DNA from: an uncultured Chloroflexia bacterium
Lineage (GTDB): Bacteria; Chloroflexota; Limnocylindria; Limnocylindrales; CSP1-4
Reading direction: 5' to 3'
Assembly (NCBI GenBank): GCA_963778645.1
Contig: CAVZVH010000001.1
Location: 67,697-131,696, forward strand
DNA length: 64,000 bases
The stretch's first letter is position 1, and every line of letters starts with the position of its first letter. A program made the position numbers and the translations under genes. The notes beneath the pieces are model-generated. The model was not told the DNA's origin. It did not search any database and saw only the letters and a list, made by a program, of their open reading frames with translations. This document shows positions 21,007-30,580 of the stretch, piece by piece.

Positions 21007-21879
21007 ATGCGAGCCTTCGCCTACGAGCGTCCGACCCGCCTTGAGGACGCGCTCGAACTGCTCGCCGAGCACGGCCCGGAGGCGAGCCTGCTTGCCGGTG
21101 GGACCGACCTGATCATCCGGCTTCGCGACGGGACGATCCGGCCGAGCGTGGTGGTCGATCTCAAGCGCGTCGCGGAGCTCGACGCGGAGATCGGCGACGC
21201 CGACGGCCATCTGCGGATCGGGGCTCGGACCGTGATGACCGACATCGCCGCGGACGAGCGCATCCGGCGGGACTACCCGGCCCTGGCCGAGGCGGCGTCG
21301 GTCGTGGGATCTGCCCAGATCCGGAACCGCGCGACGCTCGCCGGCAACATCTGCAATGCCTCCCCCGCGGCCGACACGGTTCCCGCGCTCCTGGTCTACG
21401 GCGCCCGGGTCGTCGCGACCGGCCCGGCGGGGACGCGGACGATCCCGATCGACGACGTCTTCGTCCGATCCGGTGTGACCACGCTCGGCCGCCGTGAGCT
21501 CCTTGTGGCCATCGAGCTGCCCGCCCCGACCGACCCACGGGGATCCGTCCATGTCCGACGTACCCGGCGTCGCGGTCACGACCTCGCCTCGGTCACGTTG
21601 ACCTGCGCCGTCCTGGCCGATGGGGTGACCACCTTGGCCTATGGCAGCCTCGGGCCCCGGCCGTTGCTGGTGGTCGACGAGACGGGTCTGCTCGCCGATC
21701 CAGCGGCTCCGGATCTCGCCAAGATGGCGCGGCTCGAAACGCTTTTCGTCGACGCCAGCCCGTCCGCGCGATCGATGCGGGCGAGCCCCGACTACCGCCT
21801 CGCGATGCTCCACGTCCTCGGGCTCCGGGCGGTCGGCATCGCCATCGAGCGACTCGCCCAGGCGACGGCCCCGCGATGA
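21007..21879 (+). CDS. Molybdenum hydroxylase FAD-binding subunit (CoxM/XdhB-like)
   Basis: LLAGGTDL, IRNRATLAGNICNASPAAD and RTRRRGHDLA. Confidence 0.92.
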   Translation: MRAFAYERPTRLEDALELLAEHGPEASLLAGGTDLIIRLRDGTIRPSVVVDLKRVAELDAEIGDADGHLRIGARTVMTDIAADERIRRDYPALAEAASVVGSAQIRNRATLAGNICNASPAADTVPALLVYGARVVATGPAGTRTIPIDDVFVRSGVTTLGRRELLVAIELPAPTDPRGSVHVRRTRRRGHDLASVTLTCAVLADGVTTLAYGSLGPRPLLVVDETGLLADPAAPDLAKMARLETLFVDASPSARSMRASPDYRLAMLHVLGLRAVGIAIERLAQATAPR

Positions 21880-22352
21880 CGACCACTCGCAGGATCGAAA
21901 CGACCGTGAACGGACAACGTCGCGCGATCGACGTCATCGCGCATCACACGCTTCTCGAGGTCCTCCGTGACGACCTCGGCCTGACCGGGACGAAGGAGTG
22001 CTGCCTGGTCGGCGAGTGCGGCGCCTGTACCGTGCTCGTCGATGGGGTCAGCGTGGACTCGTGCCTCATGCTCGCGGTCGAGGCCGACGGCGCGTCGGTC
22101 ACCACGGTCGAGGGTCTCGCCGGCGAGGACGGCCTGCACCCGCTTCAGCAGGCATTCCTCCGGACGGGTGCCGTCCAGTGCGGATTCTGCATCCCCGGTC
22201 AGCTCGTCTCGGCCCACGCCATGCTCGCGCTGATCCCACACCCGACCCGATCCGAGGTCGAGGAGGGCCTCGCCGGCAACCTGTGCCGATGCGCCGGGTA
22301 CGAGCAGATCATCGAAGCCGTCATGTCGGCGGCGGGAGACGAGGAGTCGTGA
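21876..22352 (+). CDS. Molybdenum hydroxylase 2Fe-2S subunit (CoxS-like)
   Basis: GTKECCLVGECGACTV, QCGFCIPG and GNLCRCAGY. Confidence 0.95.
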   Translation: MTTTRRIETTVNGQRRAIDVIAHHTLLEVLRDDLGLTGTKECCLVGECGACTVLVDGVSVDSCLMLAVEADGASVTTVEGLAGEDGLHPLQQAFLRTGAVQCGFCIPGQLVSAHAMLALIPHPTRSEVEEGLAGNLCRCAGYEQIIEAVMSAAGDEES

Positions 22353-24604
22353 GCGACCGAGTGGTCGGCTCGTCCCCGGCTCGCGTGGGCGGGCTCGATC
22401 GGGTCACGGGCCGGCAGGCGTATGTCGCCGATCTGCGACTCGAGGGGGCGCTCCAGGCCAAGCTGGTGAGCCTCGATGTCGCGCGGGCCACGGTCACGCG
22501 GATCGACACGCGTGCCGCGCTCGAGGTCCCGGGCGTCCGCCTGATCCTCACGGCGGCCGACCTGCCCCAGCCGGTCCCGCGCTTCGGTCCGCAGTGGCAG
22601 GACCGGCCGGTCCTCGCGGCCGGCGAGACCCACTACCACGGTGAGCCGATCGCGGCGATCGCAGCGGACACGGTCGACGCGGCGGAGGAGGCGGCTCGTC
22701 GGGTCCGGATCGAGTACGAGGAACTACCGGCGGTCGTCACGATCGCGGCGGCCCTCGCCCCGGACGCGCCGCTCGTCCAGGACCCCGCACTGCGACCGGG
22801 CGATCCGCTGGCGACCACGAACGTCCTTCGCGAGCACCACTACGGCTGGGGCGATGTGGAGGCCGCATCGGCCGACGTCGTGGTCGAGGGGACCTACCGA
22901 TTCCCGATGGTGACCCAGTTCGCGATCGAGCCACACGCCTTCATGGCCGCTCCCGACGGCGACGGGATCGCCATCTGGAGCTCGATCCAGCACCCCAACT
23001 GGCTGCAGCGGGTCATCGCCGGCGTGCTCCATCTGCCCCTCGCCAAGGTCCGGGTCTTCGCACCCGACCCGGGTGGCGGGTTCGGCGGCAAGCAGCACGC
23101 CAAGTACGAGCCGCTCGTCGCGTTCCTGGCCCTGCGGACGGGACGCCCGGTCCGCCTTGTCCTGACGCTCGAGGAGACCTTCCAGGCCGTCCGCCGGGGC
23201 GCATCGGAGATCCGCGTTCGCTCCGGTTTCCGGACGGACGGCAGCCTCGCGTTCCGCGACGTCGTCGCCGACTACCTCATCGGCGCGTACGCCGACATCG
23301 CCGACCGCACCGTCGGCAAGGGCAGCTATACCTCGAATGGGCCGTATCGCACGCCCGCCGTGCGGATCGTGGCGCGCAGCGTCCTCTCCCACACGACGCC
23401 TTCCACCGCCTTCCGTGGCTTCGGGAATCCCCAACAGATCTGGGCGGTCGAATTGAACATGGACGAGGCGGCGCTGGCGCTCGGCATCGATCCGCTCGAT
23501 CTGCGCCTGCGCAACCTGGCCCGCCGCGGGGAAGACTTCATCCCCGGCGATACCCCGGTGGACGGCGATTGGGCGGCGACCGTCGTTCGGGCGGCCGAGC
23601 TGATCGGGTGGGGGAGCCCGTCGGCTCCTGGTCGCGGTCGTGGCCTGGCGGTCGGCCTGAAGTCCGGGCCGACGACGGGGCTGTCGTATTCGACCGTCCG
23701 CCTGCTCGCGGACGGAAGCGTGATCGTGCACGCTGGCACGTCGGACATGGGCCAGGGCGCGCGGACGATCTTCGCCCAGATCGCCGCCGACGAGCTCGGT
23801 GCCCCGATCGACTGGGTGACGATCGTGATGGGCGACACGGCCGTGGTCCCGTATGACCAGCAGACGTCGGCGAGTCGGTCGTCCGTCCTCATGGGCAATT
23901 CGGTCCTTGATGCCTGCCGCCAGGTCCAGGGGAAGATCCAGGCGATGGCCGCCCGGCTGGAGTCGGTCGATGCGTCCGAGATCGTCGTGGATCGCGGCGA
24001 GGTCCGGATCGGGGAGCGGGTGATGCCGATCCGGGACGTCCTGATCCGCGGCCTCGGTCGGCTGGGCGGGGAGGTCATCGGGATCGGGGAGATGCGCAAG
24101 GAGGCCGACCCGGACCATCCGCTCGGCGGGACCGCCGCCTTCTTCGAGTTCAATTGCACCGCCGTCGAGGTGGAGGTCGATCGGGCGACGGGCGACATCG
24201 TCATCGTCCGGCACGTCACCGTCTCGGACGTCGGCAAGGCCCTCAACCCGACCCAGGTCCGCGGCCAGGACGAGGGCGCCGCCGTCATGGGGCTCGGGCA
24301 CACGCTGATGGAGCACTACATCTACGACGACGACGGCCGGATCCGCAACCTCGGCGCGATCGACTACCGGATCCCGACGAGCATGGACCTGCCGTTGCGC
24401 ATGGAGAGCGACATCATCGAGAACGAGGACGGCCCCGGCCCGTACGGCTCGAAAGGGATGAGCGAGGGCGCGCTCCTGTGCGTCGCTCCGGCCGTGGCCG
24501 CGGCCGTCCGCGATGCCACGGGGGTGACGATCCGCGAGTTGCCCCTGACCCCCGAGCGCGTCTGGCGAGCGCTCCGCGAGTCGGGCGCGGGTGACGACGC
24601 ATGA
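22349..24604 (+). CDS. Molybdenum hydroxylase molybdopterin-binding large subunit (xanthine dehydrogenase family)
   Basis: DRVTG...Y, GGGFGGK, AFRGFGNPQ, DMGQG, SASRS and YGSKGMSEG. Start GTG 22349. Confidence 0.92.
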   Translation: MSDRVVGSSPARVGGLDRVTGRQAYVADLRLEGALQAKLVSLDVARATVTRIDTRAALEVPGVRLILTAADLPQPVPRFGPQWQDRPVLAAGETHYHGEPIAAIAADTVDAAEEAARRVRIEYEELPAVVTIAAALAPDAPLVQDPALRPGDPLATTNVLREHHYGWGDVEAASADVVVEGTYRFPMVTQFAIEPHAFMAAPDGDGIAIWSSIQHPNWLQRVIAGVLHLPLAKVRVFAPDPGGGFGGKQHAKYEPLVAFLALRTGRPVRLVLTLEETFQAVRRGASEIRVRSGFRTDGSLAFRDVVADYLIGAYADIADRTVGKGSYTSNGPYRTPAVRIVARSVLSHTTPSTAFRGFGNPQQIWAVELNMDEAALALGIDPLDLRLRNLARRGEDFIPGDTPVDGDWAATVVRAAELIGWGSPSAPGRGRGLAVGLKSGPTTGLSYSTVRLLADGSVIVHAGTSDMGQGARTIFAQIAADELGAPIDWVTIVMGDTAVVPYDQQTSASRSSVLMGNSVLDACRQVQGKIQAMAARLESVDASEIVVDRGEVRIGERVMPIRDVLIRGLGRLGGEVIGIGEMRKEADPDHPLGGTAAFFEFNCTAVEVEVDRATGDIVIVRHVTVSDVGKALNPTQVRGQDEGAAVMGLGHTLMEHYIYDDDGRIRNLGAIDYRIPTSMDLPLRMESDIIENEDGPGPYGSKGMSEGALLCVAPAVAAAVRDATGVTIRELPLTPERVWRALRESGAGDDA

Positions 24605-26731
24605 CGCTGACCCTCGCGCTCGGCGCGCCCTGGTCCGGCACGCTCGACGAGGCCAGGGCGTTGGTCGGCGGCAAGGCGGCGAATCTCGGGGTCATGGCGC
24701 GCGACCTCGGCCTGCCGGTTCCGCCCGGGTTCGTCATCACGACCGACGCCTGCCGGGCTGTGCTGGCCGGCGGCTGGCCGGCCCACCTCGACGAAGAGAT
24801 CCGGGACCGGATGGCCGGCCTCGAGGCGGCCGTCGGTCGCCGGTTCGGGGATGCGCGGGATCCGTTGCTGGTCAGCGTCCGATCCGGAGCCCCAGTGTCG
24901 ATGCCCGGGATGATGGACACGATCCTCGACCTGGGCCTCAACGACGCGACGACCCGTGGCCTCGCGCAGGCCTCCGGCAGCGAGGTCTTCGCTCGCAGCT
25001 GTCGCCAGCGATTCGAGGCGAGTTTCCGTTCGATCGTCGGGGTGGCCGAGGTGCCGGCCGATCCCTGGGCTCAGCTCCGCCTGGCGATCGAGGCGGTCTT
25101 CCGGTCCTGGAACAGCGATCGCGCCCGAGCGTACCGCCGAGGAGGAGGGCATCCCGGACGACCTAGGGACGGCGGTCACGGTCCAGGCGATGGTCTTCGG
25201 CAACCGTGGCCGGAGGTCGGGCACCGGCGTCGTCTTCACGAGGAATCCCGCGACCGGTGAGCCGACCCTCTACGGCGACGTCATGTTCGACGCCCAGGGC
25301 GAGGACGTGGTCGCCGGGACGCATCCGACCGATCCGATCACGGTCCTCGACGAGCGGCTGCCGGAGGTCGCCGCCGACCTGCGGCGATACGCGGACCAGC
25401 TCGAGCGCCACTTCACCGATCTCTGCGACATCGAGTTCACGATCGAACAGGGCCGACTGTGGCTGCTCCAGGTCCGGGTCGGCAAACGGAGCCCGCAGGC
25501 GGCCCTGCGGATCGCGGTCGACATGGCCAGCGACGACACGTTCCCGCTGACCCGGGCGCACGCGGTCGAGCGTGTGGCGTCGCTGCTCGCCGATCCGCCG
25601 TCGGTCGCGACGACCCGCGCCAGCTCCGTCCTGCCGCTCACGACCGGATTGCCGGCCTCGCCCGGGACCGCGAGCGGGCCGATCGTCACGAGCCCCGAGG
25701 CGGCGCAGGAAGCGGCCGAGGGTGGACAGGCGGCGATCCTCGTGCGAGCCGAGACCTCGCCCGACGACGTTCACGGGATGGCTCGCGCGGCTGGGATCCT
25801 GACCTCGCGGGGCGGCCTCGCCAGCCACGCGGCGGTCGTCGCCCGCGGGTGGGGGATCCCGGCCGTCGTCGGGGCGGCCGCGATGACCGTGGGTGACGGC
25901 CGGGTCGTCTTTGGCGGACGGAGCCTCGAGGCCGGAACGGTCATCACGATCGACGGGAGCTCCGGCGAGGTCTTCGAGGGCACGATCCCCGGCACGACCG
26001 AGGTCGTGCCCGAGGCGCGGACGCTGCTCGGCTGGGCGCACGAGCTCGGGATCCTCGTCGCCGACGAAGGGAGCGTCGCCGACCCGTCGAGCCTGTCCGG
26101 TCCGGTGAGCAAGATCACGCCCGATGGCTGCCTCCAGGCCCTGGACATCAAGGGCTTGGCGCCGATCGAGGGCGTCGCGGATGCGGTGCGTTCGACCCCG
26201 GAAACCGTTGGCCCGATCCTCGACCAGCTGGTCGTCGACGGCCTGGTGGAGACCGTCACGGGCGCCTATCGACTCACCGAGCTCGGCACGGACCGGGCGA
26301 GGGGCCTGCGCCGCACCGAACAGGACGCGTGGGGGATCGCCGAGGCCATCGTGGCACTCGACGCGTTCCTGGGGCTCGACCATGCGATGAAGGAGATCGT
26401 GACCGCCTGGCAGCTCCGTGACGATGCGGACGGCCAAGTCATCAACGATCACTCGGACTCGGTCTATGACCAGAGGGTGCTGGACCACCTCGCCGCGATG
26501 CACGCCGATGCGGCGGCCTGGTTCACACGACCGGAGCAGGGCTGTCCGCGACTGGCGGCCTATCGGATCCGCCTCGGCCGGGCGCTCGAGATGGCCCGCG
26601 CCGGCGACCAGCGGTTCGTGGCTTCACCGCGCGTCGACAGCTACCACGGGATCTGGTTCGAGCTCCACGAGGACCTGATCCGTCTCGCCGGGCGGAGCCG
26701 AGAGGAAGAGGTGGCCGCCGGCCGGGCATAG
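24601..26731 (+). CDS. Truncated pyruvate phosphate dikinase-like protein (ATP-grasp plus His swivel) fused to a wHTH/helical C-terminal domain; apparent frameshift near 25140
   Basis: GGKAANL, VSVRSGAPVSMPGMMDTIL, QAMVFGN, QGEDVVAG, DIEFTIE and GGLASHAAVVARGWG. The pyruvate-binding barrel is absent, replaced by about 200 aa ending DSYHGIWFELHEDL. Confidence 0.85.
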
Positions 26732-26776
26732 CAGGTCGCCGGGCGGTCCCACGGGCCCTAGTGGCGGGCTCAGTCC

Positions 26777-27236
26777 TCAGCTCACCGCTTTCTTCACGAG
26801 CGTCACGATCCTTGCCTCGTCGGCGGCGGTCAACTTCGTGAGAGCGAAGGACGTCGGCCACATGGTGCCTTCGTCGAGGTTTGCGTCGTCGTTGAAGCCG
26901 AACGTCGCATACCGCGACTTGAACTTGTCCGCGCTTGTGAAGAAGCAGACGATCTTGCCGTCCTTGGCATATCCGGGCATCCCGTACCAGGTCTTCGGCG
27001 AGAGGGCTGGCGCGTTGGCTTTGATGAGGGCATGGAGCCGCTCGGCCATGACCCGATCCGATTCTCGGCATCTCGGCGATCTTCTCGAGCACGTCGCGTT
27101 CTCCGTCCGCCGCGCCCGCCCGCGGGCCCCGGCGCGCGGCCGCCTTCTGCTCCTTGGCGCGCTCCTTGATCGCGGCTCGTTCCTCGTCGGTGAAGATCGC
27201 GGTGGTGGTCTTGGCGGACTTCTTCGTGTCGTTCAT
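26777..27236 (-). CDS. DUF1801/YdhG-like protein (apparent frameshift near 27060)
   Basis: [16 protein letters not shown]-terminus joins MAERLHALI...[20 protein letters not shown]...YATFGF in the next frame. Confidence 0.8.
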
Positions 27237-27421
27237 TGGAGGTTTCCTCCTCGGCGAGTCTTGATCTGTCGCTCCTGATGGTAGGGAGCCGCCGCCGCGG
27301 CGGCTTCTTCAAAACTGCTCGATCGTGACCGGCGCGAGATGCCCGGATGCTCGGGGTCGAAGGCATACCGACGATCTACGATCGACGCACCACCGGATCT
27401 CGACGAGGAGGTGCACGCGCG

Positions 27422-28669
27422 ATGTTCACGGCCACCAAGGACCTGATGCTCCCGGCGACCGTTACTGGTTCGTGGCCGCGGCCACGCTGGTACGACGGCG
27501 GCCTCTGGGGCCGCCCGCTCGACACGGCGCTGCTCGACGTCCGCTTCCGTGAGCAGTTCCTCGACGCGCACGCCACCGTGATCGCCGAGCAGGAGCGCGC
27601 GGGGCTCGACATCCTCACGAATGGCGACTACCACCTCGACGAGGACTTCGCCGGCCGCTCGTGGCACCACTATCCGTTGCAGCGCTGGAAGGGGTTCGAG
27701 CACGAGGAACTCCAGTACGAAGGCTCGCGCGACCGCCTGCTCGAGTTCCCGCCAGGCACCCTGATGAACGAGATCGAGACGACGTGGCGGTGGCCGCGCG
27801 TCGTCGGCAAGGTCGAACACGACCCTCGCAATCCGCTCGAGTACGCCAAGCTCTGGCGGATCGCCCAGGCACGCGCGGGCTCGGGCAAGCCGGTCAAGTT
27901 CGGAACCTGCTCGTCGCAAGTGCTGTCGATCTTCCTCGATAGCCATACGGCCGAATACGACCTGGAGGACAAGAAGCAGCTGATCTGGGACATGGCCGGC
28001 GCGATGAACATCGAGCTTCGTCAGCTCGCGGCCGCCGGGGCCAAGGTCATCCAGATCGAGGAGCCGACGATCCATTTCGTGGCGTGCTTCTATCCCGACC
28101 AGACGGAGTTGCTCGACTTCCTCGTCGACGCGTTCAACCACGAGGTGGACGGCCTCGACGATGTCGAGCTGTGGATCCACACCTGCTGGGGCAACCCGAA
28201 CATGCAGAAGGTCTACACCGGCGAGTCGTACGAGAAGTCGATCGACATCTACCTGGAGCGCCTCAAGGGCGACGTCTGGACCATCGAGGCGACCGAGAAC
28301 GAGCTGGCCGAGATCGACCTGTTCAAACCGTATGCCGGCCGGCTGCAGAAGAAGGTCGCCGTCGGCGTTGTCAACCACCGCACGCTTCAGGCCGACATGG
28401 CGCCGGTCGTCGCCGGGCGGGTGCGGCGCGCATTGGAGGTGATCCCGGCGGACAAGCTGATCCTCTCCACCGATTGCGGGTTCGGCCGGCAGGGGTTCAA
28501 CCGGACGGTCGCGTTCTACAAGACGACGGCGATCGCGCAGGCGCGAAATATCGTCCTGAAGGAGCTCGGGCTGGAGGAGCGCTACGTGCCGGCGGCCGAC
28601 CCGTCCCTGCAGACCGACGTGCTCCCGGACCGCGAGCCTCTGACGCACCTGCCGTCACCCTGGAAGTAG
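27422..28669 (+). CDS. Cobalamin-independent methionine synthase II family (MetE C-terminal-like) Zn enzyme
   Basis: TVTGSWPRP, LDILTNGD, IQIEEP, HTCWGN (His/Cys Zn ligands) and STDCGFG; GAGGAGG RBS before ATG 27422. Confidence 0.85.
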   Translation: MFTATKDLMLPATVTGSWPRPRWYDGGLWGRPLDTALLDVRFREQFLDAHATVIAEQERAGLDILTNGDYHLDEDFAGRSWHHYPLQRWKGFEHEELQYEGSRDRLLEFPPGTLMNEIETTWRWPRVVGKVEHDPRNPLEYAKLWRIAQARAGSGKPVKFGTCSSQVLSIFLDSHTAEYDLEDKKQLIWDMAGAMNIELRQLAAAGAKVIQIEEPTIHFVACFYPDQTELLDFLVDAFNHEVDGLDDVELWIHTCWGNPNMQKVYTGESYEKSIDIYLERLKGDVWTIEATENELAEIDLFKPYAGRLQKKVAVGVVNHRTLQADMAPVVAGRVRRALEVIPADKLILSTDCGFGRQGFNRTVAFYKTTAIAQARNIVLKELGLEERYVPAADPSLQTDVLPDREPLTHLPSPWK

Positions 28670-28757
28670 CGGCACCCACTCACGCGGACGCAACCGAGCC
28701 CATCACGCGAGGAGTCGGGCCCGCGTCAACTCGTGCAAGTCGCGTCTAGAGGGAGAG

Positions 28758-29656
28758 ATGGGTAGGACGACACTCGGAGCAGTTTCGGCCGCGATCCTTC
28801 TCCTCGTCGCGGCCTGCGTGGCGCCCGTCCCTCCGTCGGGGAGCCCATCGACGCGTCTTAGCCCGACACCGTCCGGGCCGGCCGTGACGCCGACGGCGAT
28901 CTCCTGCGCTCGCTCCGTCGCCGTCGCCGTCGCCGACTGTGGCCCCCATCAGTGAGATCGAGCCCGTCGACGGGAACGTCCTCCCGATCGCGGCGCGGGA
29001 TGGCGCACCAGGACTGGTCTCATGCAGCGGACTCGGACCGTTCCGTGTCGAGCTCCTCAGGGGGCCATTCGGTGCCGAAGGCCTCGTGGGACCTGAGTAC
29101 GACGCCATGCGCCAAGTCATCGCTCAGTACAGCTGGCCGGGTGATCCGGAGACCGAGGCCCTCTCTCGCGCCACCTACAAGGTCGTGTCCCGGGACGACA
29201 CGACGGTGGAGTTTCTTGGTAGCGTCGGCAGGCCGGAGGGCAAGTTCACCTGGGTGACGGTGGCATTCCGAGATGGCGTGTGGCAGTACGGCGGCTTCGA
29301 TGGCGCGTGCCTCCTCACCGGGGCTCCTGGCGATGGCTGGGGCAGCGCCATCCTGGGACCTCGACCCGGCCTTCAAGAACCCGACCGCCGAGACGCGGAA
29401 GCTCCACCTTCTCGTGCGCGAGGCCGAGTGCGTGACTGAGGTGCCGGTCGCGGGCCGCCTGTCGCCTGCCTGGGTCTTCTACGACCAGGACAAGGTCCGG
29501 ATCCAGGTGTTCCTCCGTTCGGCCAGGGCCAGCGGATCGTGCGACGACGTCCCTCTGACGCCGGTGACCGTCATCCTCCCCGAACCGCTCGGTGGACGCG
29601 TCCTGAAGGACGTCACGAGCCACGATCTGTGCAACAACCAGTGCGCCGGTGGCTAG
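28758..29656 (+). CDS. Putative lipoprotein of unknown function, split by two apparent frameshifts (near 28945 and 29350)
   Basis: LLVAAC lipobox and Pro/Ser linker; three overlapping ORFs join into one protein with several Cys. Could be a pseudogene. Confidence 0.55.
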
Positions 29657-29668
29657 GCGGACCGTCAT

Positions 29669-30562
29669 TTAGCGGCCCTTCGCGTACCCCGTCGCGGTCA
29701 GCTTGTCCCAGAGGGTCCCGGCATTGTTGTTCTGGATGTGATCCATCATGTAGCCCTGCCCGACGTCGACCGGCCCGAAGGCGTCGTCGAACCGGACGCG
29801 CGCGATCGTCTCCTCGCGCGTCCAGCCCTTCGCGACCGCGTCTGCGACGGCGGCCTTCCACTGATGCAGGACGGACCGCTGCGTATCGACGTAGGCGATC
29901 GTCTGGACGGGACCGTGGCCCGGGATCAGGTGGTCGACGTCGAGCTGGCGGATCCGCTCGAGCGCATCCAGCCATTGGTCGACGTTCGAGGTCATCAGCC
30001 ACGTCTGGCACTCGGCGAAGATCGTGTCGCCGGTAAAGACGGCCCGCTCCTCGGGCACGTGCACCGCGAGCTGGCCGGGTGTGTGCCCCGGCGTGTGGAG
30101 CAGGTGAAAGGTGTGATCGCCGACGCGCAGCGTCAGGTCGCCCGTGAAGACCACCGTCCCCTTGTTCGGGTCCTGGTAGTAGACCTCGCGATCGGGAATC
30201 AGCGGCGCCGCCTCGGGGTCGTCGGTCGGGATCGCCTCGAGGGCATACGCGAACGGATCGAGGGCCGCATTCGGGTCCATGAAGTTGTCGTACAGCCCCT
30301 GGTGATTGACGACCGGCACGCCCTTGTACCAGTAGTTCCCGAAGATGTGATCGACGTGGTGCTCGGTGTTGATGAGGTAGCGGATCGGGCCGTGCGACTC
30401 CGCCTCCGCCCGCATCGCGACCGCCCGTGTCGGCAGCTGGGGCGTGTCGATGGCCACGACCCCATCGGCGGTCACGACGAAGCTCGGGTTGCACCCGCGG
30501 AGCTTGGTCGTCGTGTAGATGTTCGGCGTGACGCGTTCGAGGTCCAGGGTGGCAACCGCCAT
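29669..30562 (-). CDS. Metallo-beta-lactamase fold hydrolase (cyclase-like)
   Basis: IDTP, TEHHVDHIFGN, TPGHT, FTGDT and IPGHG. Confidence 0.88.
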   Translation of the reverse strand: MAVATLDLERVTPNIYTTTKLRGCNPSFVVTADGVVAIDTPQLPTRAVAMRAEAESHGPIRYLINTEHHVDHIFGNYWYKGVPVVNHQGLYDNFMDPNAALDPFAYALEAIPTDDPEAAPLIPDREVYYQDPNKGTVVFTGDLTLRVGDHTFHLLHTPGHTPGQLAVHVPEERAVFTGDTIFAECQTWLMTSNVDQWLDALERIRQLDVDHLIPGHGPVQTIAYVDTQRSVLHQWKAAVADAVAKGWTREETIARVRFDDAFGPVDVGQGYMMDHIQNNNAGTLWDKLTATGYAKGR

Positions 30563-30580
30563 GCGACGAGACTCCTCGGG

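Noticed and set aside
21007-24604. Aerobic CO dehydrogenase (coxMSL)
   Set aside because: Lacks the AYRCSFR or AYRGAGR loop and cox accessory genes.
25130-25150. Possible programmed frameshift in the PPDK-like gene
   Set aside because: No slippery heptamer or downstream stimulator seen; it matches the one-extra-base error pattern elsewhere.
28744-28752. GTCTAGAG resembling the GntR operator
   Set aside because: Imperfect palindrome lacking the flanking T and ACA; not counted as a site.
28910-28937. (ccgtcg)n micro-repeat in the lipoprotein gene
   Set aside because: Only about three units, and expected in GC-rich coding DNA; too weak to call phase variation.
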